Shown here piece by piece: positions 43,731 through 52,165 of a stretch of 64,000 bases of DNA (the first letter of the stretch is position 1; each line of letters begins with the position of its first letter). The translations under genes and the position numbers were made by a program. The DNA is taken from the NCBI GenBank assembly GCA_050733215.1, contig JBOHSN010000006.1:4708-68707 (forward strand), in the 5' to 3' direction. Below the pieces are notes generated by a model. It worked only from the letters and a program-made list of their open reading frames with translations, searched no databases and had not been told where the DNA came from. This DNA is from Gemmatimonadales bacterium (GTDB lineage Bacteria; Gemmatimonadota; Gemmatimonadetes; Gemmatimonadales; GWC2-71-9).

Positions 43731-44780
43731 GTGATTGCCCCTTCCATCCGCGCGGCGGCCGGCACGCGGTGCCTGGTCGTGGACGACGACGCGCAGGTGC
43801 GCGGCGCGCTGGCCCGCGTCGTCGAGGCGCAGGGACTCGCCTGCGTGGAGGCCGCGTCCGGCGCCGAGGCGCTCGCGCTCCTGCGCGCCGGGGGCGAGAT
43901 CCCGGTCTGCATCTCGGACATCCACATGCCCGAGATGGATGGGGTAACGTTCCTCCGCGAAGCGCTGCGGCTCTATCCCGACATGGCCATCATCATGCTC
44001 ACCGGTGTGGCCGAAGTGAGCACGGCGGTGGAGTGCCTCCAGCTCGGCGCGCTCGATTACATCTCGAAGCCGATGCTGATCGACGAGGTGCGCGCCCGGT
44101 TGCAGAAGGCGATCGAGAAGCGGGATCTGATCCTGCAGAACCGATTCTACCAGCAGCATCTCGAGAGCCGCGTCCGCGAGCTCGACCGCCGCAACAAGCA
44201 GTCGCTCATCAACGGCGTGCAGATGCTGGTGCACGCGCTCGAAGCCAAGGACGCGTACACCAGCGGGCACTCCGCCCGGGTCAGCCGGTACGCGGTACGG
44301 ACCGCGGTGCAGCTTGGCTTCACCGGCGAGCGGCTGGAGGAGATCCGGCTCGGCGGCGAGCTGCACGACATCGGGAAGATCGGCACCCGCGAAGCGATCC
44401 TGAACAAGCCGGGTCCGCTCTCGGGCGAGGAGTTCGAGCACATCAAGGTGCACACCACGCTGGGTGAGCGGATCCTGGCGCCGTTCCTGGGCGAGTCCCC
44501 CCCGGTGCTCCGCATCGTACGCTCGCATCACGAGCGGATCGACGGCACCGGCTTTCCCGACCGGCTCAGGGGCAGCGAGATCCCGATCGAGGCGCGCATC
44601 GTCGCCGTAGTGGACGCGTTCGACGCGATGACCACGAATCGGGCGTACCGGCCGTCCCGCACGCCGGTCGAGGCGGTGGTCGAGCTGCGTCGCTGCGCCC
44701 GGACCCACTTCGACGAATCGGTGGTGACGGCATTTCTCAGCGCGTATCCGGAACCCTCGCTGTTGCCGCTCCAGGTCTGA
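43731..44780 (+). CDS. Response regulator with an HD-GYP phosphodiesterase output domain
   Basis: REC: LVVDDD...ISDIHMPEMDG...SKP. HD-GYP: GHSARV...ELHDIGKIG...HHERIDGTGFP. GTG start. Confidence 0.85.
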   Translation: MIAPSIRAAAGTRCLVVDDDAQVRGALARVVEAQGLACVEAASGAEALALLRAGGEIPVCISDIHMPEMDGVTFLREALRLYPDMAIIMLTGVAEVSTAVECLQLGALDYISKPMLIDEVRARLQKAIEKRDLILQNRFYQQHLESRVRELDRRNKQSLINGVQMLVHALEAKDAYTSGHSARVSRYAVRTAVQLGFTGERLEEIRLGGELHDIGKIGTREAILNKPGPLSGEEFEHIKVHTTLGERILAPFLGESPPVLRIVRSHHERIDGTGFPDRLRGSEIPIEARIVAVVDAFDAMTTNRAYRPSRTPVEAVVELRRCARTHFDESVVTAFLSAYPEPSLLPLQV

Positions 44781-44785
44781 CCTCG

Positions 44786-46180
44786 ATGTCCGGTACCCTG
44801 ATGATCAGCGTGTCGGGCATGCGTGGTCACGTCGGCACGGACCTCACGCCCGAGGTCGTCGCGCGCCACGCCGCGGCGCTCGGGGCGTGGGCGCGCATGC
44901 AGGGCCGTCCCCTGGTGGTGCTCGGCCGGGACGCCCGCACCAGCGGCCCGATGTTCGCGCACGCGGCGGCCGCCGGTCTCATGTCCGTCGGTGCCGACGT
45001 GATCGACCTGGGCATCGTCCCCACGCCGACCACGCAGCTCGCCGTAGAGCACCATCACGCCGGCGCCGGCCTCATCCTCACGGCCAGCCACAATCCGATC
45101 GAGTGGAACGCCCTCAAGCTCGTGGGCCCGGACGGCATCTTCCTCGACGCGGCGGCGGGCGCCGCGGTCCGGGCACTGGCCGATGCGGGCCCGGTACGAG
45201 CCGGCTGGGACGGCATCGGCCGGGTGCATGAAGATCCGGACGCGGTGGCCCGACATCTCGCCGCCATTCTCGCGCTGCCTGTGATCGACGTCGCAGCGAT
45301 CCGCGCGCGAGGCTTTCATGTGGCGCTCGACTGCGTGCGGGGGGCCGGAGGTGTCGCACTTCCGCCACTCCTCGAGCGACTCGGTGTCCGCGTGAGCGGC
45401 ATCCATCTGGAGGCCGACGGTCGCTTTCCCCATCCCCCCGAACCGGTCCCCGAGAATCTCGGCGACCTGGAACGGCTGGTGCGGGAGAGCGGGGCCGACC
45501 TGGGGCTCGCCGTGGACCCGGATGTGGACCGGCTCGCGCTGGTGGACGAAACCGGTACGGCCGTGGGCGAGGACTATACCCTGGCGCTCGCGGTGCGAGC
45601 GGTGCTTGGGCAGGGAAGCCGAGGGCGGGAGCGGGCGGGAGAGAGCGGGACAGGTGACGCTGCTCCCGCTGTCGTGGTCAATCTTTCTACCAGCCTGGTC
45701 GTGGAGGACGCGGCGCGGGACCACAACGCGCGCTTCGTGCGTGCGCCCGTCGGGGAGGCGAACGTCGCGCGGGCGATCCGGGACGAGGCCGCGCTTATCG
45801 GCGGGGAAGGCAACGGGGGGGTGATTCTCCCGGCGCTGCACATCGGCCGCGATGCACCCCTCGGCGTGGCCTTGATTTTGCACTATTTGGCCAAGGTTGG
45901 GGCATCGCTTTCGAGCGTCGTCGCTGCGTCGCCGCGCTACGTGATTCTGAAGGCGAAAGGGCCGCGCGGGCCCGAGCTGGGACCGCTGTACGATCGGCTC
46001 CGGCGGCGCTTCCCCGAAGCGGACGCGGACGCGCGGGACGGGTTGCGGCTGGCCTGGCGGGACCGATGGCTGCACGTGCGGCCCTCCGGCACCGAGCCGA
46101 TCGTCCGGCTGATCGCGGAAGCCCCGACGGCCGCCGAGGCGGAGGCCCTGGTCTCCGCCGCGCGCGAACCGCTGACCTGA
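44786..46180 (+). CDS. Phosphohexomutase (phosphoglucosamine/phosphomannomutase family)
   Basis: VSGMRG and the active-site TASHNP. Four-domain length. It lies immediately upstream of glmS, which suggests a GlmM-like role. Contains an apparent repeat-derived insertion at 45621-45673. Confidence 0.85.
   Translation: MSGTLMISVSGMRGHVGTDLTPEVVARHAAALGAWARMQGRPLVVLGRDARTSGPMFAHAAAAGLMSVGADVIDLGIVPTPTTQLAVEHHHAGAGLILTASHNPIEWNALKLVGPDGIFLDAAAGAAVRALADAGPVRAGWDGIGRVHEDPDAVARHLAAILALPVIDVAAIRARGFHVALDCVRGAGGVALPPLLERLGVRVSGIHLEADGRFPHPPEPVPENLGDLERLVRESGADLGLAVDPDVDRLALVDETGTAVGEDYTLALAVRAVLGQGSRGRERAGESGTGDAAPAVVVNLSTSLVVEDAARDHNARFVRAPVGEANVARAIRDEAALIGGEGNGGVILPALHIGRDAPLGVALILHYLAKVGASLSSVVAASPRYVILKAKGPRGPELGPLYDRLRRRFPEADADARDGLRLAWRDRWLHVRPSGTEPIVRLIAEAPTAAEAEALVSAAREPLT
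45621..45673. repeat. Short member of the GCGGGAG decamer family inside the phosphohexomutase CDS
   Basis: GCGGGAG at 45625, 45635 and 45645 (10-nt period), then the inverted unit CTCCCGC at 45663. It encodes ...SRGRERAGESGTGDAAP... Confidence 0.7.
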
Positions 46181-46194
46181 GAGGACCACGCCGA

Positions 46195-48024
46195 ATGTGT
46201 GGCATTGTCGGATACATCGGTCCGCGCCCCGCGGCCCACCTGCTCATCGACGGGCTCCGACGTCTCGAGTATCGCGGGTATGACTCCGCCGGAATCGCCG
46301 TGGTGAACGGCACCGGCCTCAAGATCCACAAGGCCGCCGGCAAGCTGTCCACGCTCGAGCAGCAGCTCGACGGCAATCTCCCTCTCGGCACGCTTGGCAT
46401 AGGGCATACGCGCTGGGCCACTCACGGTGCCCCCACCACGCCGAATGCGCATCCGCACACCGACCAGTCGGGCCGGATCGCCGTGATCCACAACGGGATC
46501 ATCGAGAATGCGTCCGCGATCCGGAAGGCGCTGGTCCAGCGGGGCCACACCTTCCGCTCGGAAACGGATACCGAGGTCCTCGCCCACCTGGTGGGCGAGT
46601 TCTACCGCGGCAACCTCGAGGAGGCGGTGGCGAACGCGCTCCGCGACGTCGAAGGGGCGTACGGCTTGGCGTTCATCTCGGCTGACGAGCCGAACGTGCT
46701 CGTGGCGGCGCGGAAGGGATCGCCGCTGCTCCTGGGGGTGGGGGAGAACGAGTGGTTCGTCGCGTCCGATGCCTCACCGCTGCTCCAGTACACCCGCTCG
46801 GTGATCTACCTCGACGACGGCGAGCTGGCGGTGCTGACCCGTGAGGGATACCGCGTGCGCACGCTGGACACCGCCCGGATCAGCAAGCCGATCGCCCAGA
46901 TCGACTGGGATCTGGCGACGATCGAGCGGGGCGGGTACCCGCACTTCATGCTGAAGGAGATCTTCGAGCAGCCGGAAAGCCTCCGCAACACGCTACGCGG
47001 CCACCTGCTGGAAGACGAGGGCACCGCGCGGGTCTCCGGCCTCAATCTGTCCGACGAGCAGCTCGCGAAAGTACAACGCATCGTCATCACGGCGTGCGGC
47101 ACCTCGTGGCACTCCGGGCTCATCGGCGAGTACATGCTCGAGGAGATGGCCCGGATCCCGGTGGAGGTCGAGTACGCGTCGGAGTTCCGCTACCGGAACC
47201 CGGTCGTGGACGAGCACACGCTGGTGATCGGCGTCTCGCAGTCGGGCGAGACCGCCGACACGCTGGCCGCCATCCGCGAGGCCAAGCAGCGTGGCGCGCG
47301 CACCATCGGCGTGGTGAACGTCGTCGGCTCGACCATCGCGCGCGAGGTGGATGGGGGCATCTACCTGCACGCCGGTCCGGAGGTGGGCGTCGCCAGCACC
47401 AAGGCGTTCACCAGCCAGGTCGCGGCGCTGTCGCTGGTCGCGTTGCGGATCGCGCGGCTCCGCAGCCTGAGCGTTCTTCACGGCCGGCAGATCATTCAGG
47501 CGCTCGACCGCCTGCCCGATCAGATGGCGGCGATTCTCCAGCGGTCGGAGGAGATCGAGCGGCTCGCCGAGCGCTTCCTGGCCACCACGCACAACGCGCT
47601 CTACCTGGGCCGGGGGGTCAATTTCCCGGTGGCGCTCGAGGGCGCGCTGAAGCTGAAGGAGATCTCCTACATCCACGCGGAGGGCTACCCCGCGGCGGAG
47701 ATGAAGCACGGTCCCATCGCCCTGATCGACGAGAACATGCCCGTGGTGTTCATCGCGCCCCGGGACGCGGTACACCCCAAGATCGTGTCGAACATCGAGG
47801 AGGTGAAGGCGCGCGGTGGCAAGGTTATTGCTCTCGTCAATGCCGGCGATGCGGAGATCGAGCGCTTGGCGGACGCGACCTTCGAAATTCCGGAGACGCT
47901 GGACCTCCTGACCCCGATTCTCACCAGTATCCCGCTGCAACTGCTGGCGTATTTTGTGGCGGTGCGGCGCGGATGCAACGTGGACCAGCCGCGAAATCTG
48001 GCCAAGTCGGTGACGGTGGAGTAG
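46195..48024 (+). CDS. glmS: Glutamine--fructose-6-phosphate aminotransferase
   Basis: MCGIVGY N-terminal nucleophile, two SIS domains and the C-terminal ...NLAKSVTVE. Confidence 0.95.
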   Translation: MCGIVGYIGPRPAAHLLIDGLRRLEYRGYDSAGIAVVNGTGLKIHKAAGKLSTLEQQLDGNLPLGTLGIGHTRWATHGAPTTPNAHPHTDQSGRIAVIHNGIIENASAIRKALVQRGHTFRSETDTEVLAHLVGEFYRGNLEEAVANALRDVEGAYGLAFISADEPNVLVAARKGSPLLLGVGENEWFVASDASPLLQYTRSVIYLDDGELAVLTREGYRVRTLDTARISKPIAQIDWDLATIERGGYPHFMLKEIFEQPESLRNTLRGHLLEDEGTARVSGLNLSDEQLAKVQRIVITACGTSWHSGLIGEYMLEEMARIPVEVEYASEFRYRNPVVDEHTLVIGVSQSGETADTLAAIREAKQRGARTIGVVNVVGSTIAREVDGGIYLHAGPEVGVASTKAFTSQVAALSLVALRIARLRSLSVLHGRQIIQALDRLPDQMAAILQRSEEIERLAERFLATTHNALYLGRGVNFPVALEGALKLKEISYIHAEGYPAAEMKHGPIALIDENMPVVFIAPRDAVHPKIVSNIEEVKARGGKVIALVNAGDAEIERLADATFEIPETLDLLTPILTSIPLQLLAYFVAVRRGCNVDQPRNLAKSVTVE

Positions 48025-48073
48025 CGGACGACTCGATAACGTCCCCCCGCCGATCATCGCTTGGTCAAACAAG

Positions 48074-48103
48074 ACGCCCCCGGGTCTTCCCGGGGGCGTT
48101 TTT
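48074..48103 (+). terminator. Rho-independent terminator of glmS
   Basis: Perfect 11-bp stem ACGCCCCCGGG / CCCGGGGGCGT, a 4-nt loop TCTT, and a following T run (TTTTT). Confidence 0.75.
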
Positions 48104-48121
48104 GCATCCCACCCGCGCCTC

Positions 48122-48508
48122 TCAGGGCAGGAGTCGAAAGCCTGGGGTGTGCCGGGGGCGGAGCATGCCGAAGTGGCGGCGGTCCGTGGTCACGATGCTA
48201 TCGGTCTCGAGCCGTTCGGCCGTTGCCGCGACGCTTCCATCCACGAATCCGAGCGGCGCGTCTGCGTAGGCCTGCATGAGCTCGGCAGCACGCCGGGCAT
48301 CCTCGTCCAGCAGCGGCTCGACGGCAAACTCGGCCGCCACGACGGCATCCACGAACGCCAGCTCGGCGCGCGGCCCGATGCGACGAGCCAACAGGTAGCA
48401 GACTTCCGGGACGACGCAAACCGGCAGCAGCACATCGGCTCCGCTCCGCTCCCACCAGTCGCGCACCCGGAGGTGCCAGGCGTCGTCGCGGTCGATCAGG
48501 GCGTACAC
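48122..48508 (-). CDS. vapC: PIN-domain ribonuclease toxin (VapC-like); the real start is probably upstream (CTG 48535)
   Basis: PIN acidic residues are present at PEVCY, FVDGS and TTDRRHF. The first conserved Asp (VVADTGAVYAL) lies upstream of the ORF-track GTG start. Confidence 0.7.
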   Translation of the reverse strand: MYALIDRDDAWHLRVRDWWERSGADVLLPVCVVPEVCYLLARRIGPRAELAFVDAVVAAEFAVEPLLDEDARRAAELMQAYADAPLGFVDGSVAATAERLETDSIVTTDRRHFGMLRPRHTPGFRLLP

Positions 48509-48531
48509 CGCGCCGGTGTCGGCGACGACCG

Positions 48532-48765
48532 TCAGGGGTGGGGCTCCGACCAGAGCAGCTCGTCCACCCGCTCCGACGTGTCCGCCCGGCCGCTCGCGAA
48601 GCGGCCGGTGAGCGCCGGCAGCGCGGTCCTGGAGGGACGCGGGGCGGCGATGTAGGCAGCGAGCGCCTCACGGACCACGGCGGCGAAGCTCAAGCCGTGC
48701 CGGCGTGCGAAGCCGCGGGCCCGGCGCAGGAGGGGGTCGTCAAGGAACACAGTGGTCCGGCGCAT
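48532..48765 (-). CDS. vapB: Ribbon-helix-helix antitoxin (VapB-like)
   Basis: MRRTTVFLDDPLLRRARGFARRHGLSFAAVVREALAAY is an RHH pattern. It lies directly upstream of the PIN gene. The ATG at 48765 is preferred over the TTG at 48801. Confidence 0.65.
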   Translation of the reverse strand: MRRTTVFLDDPLLRRARGFARRHGLSFAAVVREALAAYIAAPRPSRTALPALTGRFASGRADTSERVDELLWSEPHP

Positions 48766-48791
48766 GACATACATATTACATATGGTATATG
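48766..48791 (-). promoter_or_regulatory. AT-rich promoter/operator candidate of vapBC
   Basis: The minus strand reads GCATATACCATATGTAATATGTATGTC-ATG, an AT island in a 70% GC context with reiterated CATATR motifs. TAATAT sits 7 nt before the ATG. Confidence 0.35.
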
Positions 48792-48825
48792 CCAGGCGCA
48801 ACGGTCCCTCGCGTCGGCGAGCGCG

Positions 48826-49971
48826 TCACGCCGCCGCGACGCGACCAGCGCGGATCGCACGCTCGTACTCCGCGACCAGCGCGTCATGCACCGCGCTCCA
48901 GCTCCGTGCTTCCGCCGTGGCCCGGGCCGCGCGGGCGAGGCGTCGGCGTTGGGACCCGTCCGCGAGCAGCGTCCGGAGCGCGTCGGCGAGCGCGGGCGGA
49001 TCGTGCGGGCGCACCAGCCAGCCGTTCCAGCCGTGATCCACGAAGTCCATCGGGCCACCCGCCGCCGCCGCGATGCAGGGAAGTCCGGACGCCATCGCTT
49101 CGAGCAGGACGTTGCCGAACGTCTCGGTGGCGGACGGCAGGACGAACAGGTCAGCCGATGCGTAGGCGGCGCTCAGCTCGCCGTCCCGACGGAACCCGGC
49201 CACGCTGACGCCCGGCAGGCCGCGGCGCGCGATCTCGGCCTCCATCAGTCCGCTCCCAACGAAGACCAGCCGGGTACGATCGTGCAGGTCGCCCAGGAGC
49301 CCCCACCCATCCAGCAGCACGTCGATGCCCTTCTCCGGTGCGACCCGGCCCACGTAGGTCACCAGCAGGTCGTCTGGTCCGAGTCCCAGGCTCCGCCGCC
49401 ACGCCTCCGAGCGGTGCCGGGGATGAAACCGTTCGGCATCCACCCCGCGGCTCCAGATGGCGGTGTGGCGAATCCCCCGCGCGTGCAGGTGCGCCTGATG
49501 GGCGACCGATGGGCAGAGCACCCGCGAGGCGTGGCCGTAGAACCACCGCAGGTAGCGCCATCCGGGCTTGACCGCCCAGTTCAGGCCGTAGAGGGCGGCG
49601 TAGCGCTCGTAATCCGTGTGACTGGAGGCGACGATCGGAAGCCCGAGCTCGCGCGCGGAGCGGAGTCCGGCGAGGCCGATGGGGAACTCGGTTGCAAGGT
49701 GGACCAGATCGGGCTGGAAACGCGTCAGGTCGGCGCGGATCCCGTCACGCCGAGGGAACGCCCACTGCACCTCGGGCGAGATGAACAGCGCTCGGCTGCG
49801 TGATCGGTGCACTTCGGGCCGGTCGGCCTCGCCGGGGGGCAGCTCGTAGCTGGCGCTGTAGACCCGGACGGCATGCCCTCTCTCACGGAGCCCCTCGACC
49901 GCCCGCTGCATGGTGAGCGAGACCCCACTCACCATCGGCCAGTACACCTCCGAAAACAACGCCACCCGCAT
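48826..49971 (-). CDS. GT4-family glycosyltransferase
   Basis: MRVALFSEVYWPMVSGVS N-terminus and the C-terminal E-x7-E region (SATETFGNVLLEAMASGLP). Confidence 0.85.
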   Translation of the reverse strand: MRVALFSEVYWPMVSGVSLTMQRAVEGLRERGHAVRVYSASYELPPGEADRPEVHRSRSRALFISPEVQWAFPRRDGIRADLTRFQPDLVHLATEFPIGLAGLRSARELGLPIVASSHTDYERYAALYGLNWAVKPGWRYLRWFYGHASRVLCPSVAHQAHLHARGIRHTAIWSRGVDAERFHPRHRSEAWRRSLGLGPDDLLVTYVGRVAPEKGIDVLLDGWGLLGDLHDRTRLVFVGSGLMEAEIARRGLPGVSVAGFRRDGELSAAYASADLFVLPSATETFGNVLLEAMASGLPCIAAAAGGPMDFVDHGWNGWLVRPHDPPALADALRTLLADGSQRRRLARAARATAEARSWSAVHDALVAEYERAIRAGRVAAA

Positions 49972-50052
49972 GAACGGCCTCCGCCAGTGATCCTTGCCGG
50001 GAAGCTCTCCGGGACGCGTCAAGACGGAGTCAGGCCGATTGTCACATCGGGG

Positions 50053-50949
50053 TCACGCCGGGAGGGTGAACGTCTGGCCGACCTCCGTGAGGGCAACGCG
50101 GTGCGCATCGGAGCCCGCCGCGGCGAGGAGCCGCTCGATGGGCTCGCTCATCGGCTCCCGGCTGAGACGGAAGGTGGAGTGATGGATCGGGAGCACGTGC
50201 CCGGCGCCAAGGTCCTGCGCCATGCGCCAGGCCTGCTCCGGAGAGGCGTGGTTGGCGATCCACGGGTCGTAGGCGCCGATGGGAAGCAGCGCCAGATCGA
50301 CCCGGCCACGCTGGCCGATCGGCGTCAGGGTGTGGGTGTAGGCGGTGTCCCCGGCGAACAGGATGGTCCGGCCCTGGCGGCGGAGCACATACCCGCCGTA
50401 GCCGCGGTGCCGGTCGGTAACCATGCGCGCGCCCCAGTGGCGGACCTCGACCGACTCGATCTCGATGCCCGCGATCTCGGCGCGCTCTCCCCACGCCAGC
50501 TCGCTCACCCGCCGGAATCGCCGGACGAGATCGCGGTTGCCGGGCTGGACGACCACGTGCACGTCCCGGGGCAGGGAGGCCAACGTGCCGAGATCGGTGT
50601 GGTCCATATGCGCGTGGGAAAGCAGCAGCAGGTCGAGGCGCGGCAGCTCGCGGGCCTCGAGCGCCGGCGCGATGAGCCGCCGGGGGCCGAACTTGGCGAG
50701 CCCCCGGCCAATCCCGATACGGGTTTCCAGGGCTGGGTCGGTGAGGAACCAGGCGCCGAAGAAGTTCGTGAGCACCGTGGCGTGGCCCAGCCAGGCCACC
50801 GAGGTCCGGTCGTCGGACCAGCGCGACGGGTCGGGCCGGTGGGGCGCGGGCAGCACCGGTGCGCAGGCCTCTCGGCGCCGCTCATCGGCGGCGTCACGCA
50901 CGTAGCAGCGGGCGAAGTTGAGGCGGGTCCGGAATGGGCTTTGAGCCAT
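50053..50949 (-). CDS. MBL-fold metallo-hydrolase
   Basis: WLGHATVL..., the HxHxDH motif (SHAHMDH) and a downstream His/Asp pattern. Confidence 0.8.
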   Translation of the reverse strand: MAQSPFRTRLNFARCYVRDAADERRREACAPVLPAPHRPDPSRWSDDRTSVAWLGHATVLTNFFGAWFLTDPALETRIGIGRGLAKFGPRRLIAPALEARELPRLDLLLLSHAHMDHTDLGTLASLPRDVHVVVQPGNRDLVRRFRRVSELAWGERAEIAGIEIESVEVRHWGARMVTDRHRGYGGYVLRRQGRTILFAGDTAYTHTLTPIGQRGRVDLALLPIGAYDPWIANHASPEQAWRMAQDLGAGHVLPIHHSTFRLSREPMSEPIERLLAAAGSDAHRVALTEVGQTFTLPA

Positions 50950-50961
50950 GCTGGACGATAA

Positions 50962-51056
50962 AACCACAAAGGCAGGAAGGACACAAAGGCCTCATATTCA
51001 TCCCCGCGACGCCGAGGTCTCCGGGCAGCCTTCGGGCCCTTCGTGCCTTTGTGGTT
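50962..51056. repeat. 95-nt hairpin element with perfect 13-bp outer arms AACCACAAAGGCA / TGCCTTTGTGGTT (same family as 22281)
   Basis: Direct reading. It lies in the divergent promoter region between the MBL hydrolase and dtd. Internal GGACACAAAGG resembles the octamers of 22281. Confidence 0.8.
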
Positions 51057-51080
51057 CAACCCCCTTGTCCGAGGATCTGG

Positions 51081-51524
51081 ATGCGCGTCGTGCTCCAGCG
51101 GGTCTCGCGGGCTTCCGTCACCATCGATGGCCACATCGCCGGCGCCATCGAACGCGGTTTCTGCCTGCTGGTCGGCTTCACCCACACCGACACGACGGCG
51201 GAGGGCGACTGGATGGCGGAGAAGATCGCGGGACTTCGCCTCTTCCCCGACGCCGCGGGCAAAATGAACGTCGGGTTGGCCGACGCCGGCGGAGCGCTGC
51301 TCGTGGTCTCGCAGTTCACGCTGTATGGCGACGCGGCCAAGGGACGGCGCCCTTCATTCATCGACGCCGCGCGTCCCGAAGTGGCGATTCCGCTCTACGA
51401 GCGCTTCATCGGCGCGCTTCGCGCGCGAGGCCTGAAGGTCGAAACCGGCGAGTTCGGAGCGATGATGGACGTGGCGCTCGTCAACGAAGGGCCGGTGACG
51501 CTCATTCTCGAGCGGAACGCGTGA
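51081..51524 (+). CDS. dtd: D-aminoacyl-tRNA deacylase
   Basis: MRVVLQRV..., SQFTLYGD and the GPVT C-terminal motif. GAGGA SD at 51071. Confidence 0.9.
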   Translation: MRVVLQRVSRASVTIDGHIAGAIERGFCLLVGFTHTDTTAEGDWMAEKIAGLRLFPDAAGKMNVGLADAGGALLVVSQFTLYGDAAKGRRPSFIDAARPEVAIPLYERFIGALRARGLKVETGEFGAMMDVALVNEGPVTLILERNA

Positions 51525-52165
51525 GCGCCACCCGGCTGGTGCTGGCGTCGTCGTCCCCCCGGCGGCGGCAGCTGCTCGAGATGCTGGGGATTCCCGTCGA
51601 CGTGCGGCCCCCGCACATCAACGAAGTGCGCGCAGCGGAGGAGACGCCGCGGGAGTACGTGGAGCGGCTCGCGGTCGAGAAAGCGGGTGCCGTGCCGGGC
51701 GAGCTCGTTCTGGCGGCGGACACTACCGTGGTCGTGGACGCGGAGGTGCTCGAGAAACCGGTGGATGAGGCCGACGCGTTGCGAATGCTCGAGCGCCTGG
51801 CGGGGCGCACGCACGAGGTCATCACCGCCATTGCGCTCCGCGCGCCCGGCGGGACCCGTCAGGCCACCGACGTCACGCGGGTGACGTTCCGTGCGGCCGA
51901 CCGGAGGCTGCTTCGCGCCTACGTCGCCACCGGCGAGCCGATGGACAAGGCGGGCGCGTATGGTATCCAGGGCTATGGCGCGGCGCTGGTCGAGCGGATC
52001 GAGGGCGACTTCTTCGGCGTGATGGGGCTGCCGGTGCGGCTGGTGCTCGAGCTCCTGGAGCAGGCGGGGCATCCGTACCGCTTCGGGATGAGCGGATGGC
52101 CCGATGGTCCATCGATCGTCACCACCGAACCCGGAACACCTCCACCGTCTGCGTCTTTCCCCTGA
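51521..52165 (+). CDS. maf: Maf-family nucleoside triphosphate pyrophosphatase
   Basis: [14 protein letters not shown]..., [10 protein letters not shown]. The GTG overlaps the dtd stop (GTGA). The C-terminal tail overlaps the convergent cyclase gene by 47 nt. Confidence 0.85.
   Translation: MSATRLVLASSSPRRRQLLEMLGIPVDVRPPHINEVRAAEETPREYVERLAVEKAGAVPGELVLAADTTVVVDAEVLEKPVDEADALRMLERLAGRTHEVITAIALRAPGGTRQATDVTRVTFRAADRRLLRAYVATGEPMDKAGAYGIQGYGAALVERIEGDFFGVMGLPVRLVLELLEQAGHPYRFGMSGWPDGPSIVTTEPGTPPPSASFP

Noticed and set aside
46181-46194. A glmS ribozyme or riboswitch upstream of glmS
   Set aside because: Only 14 nt separate the mutase stop from the glmS ATG, so there is no room for a structured leader.
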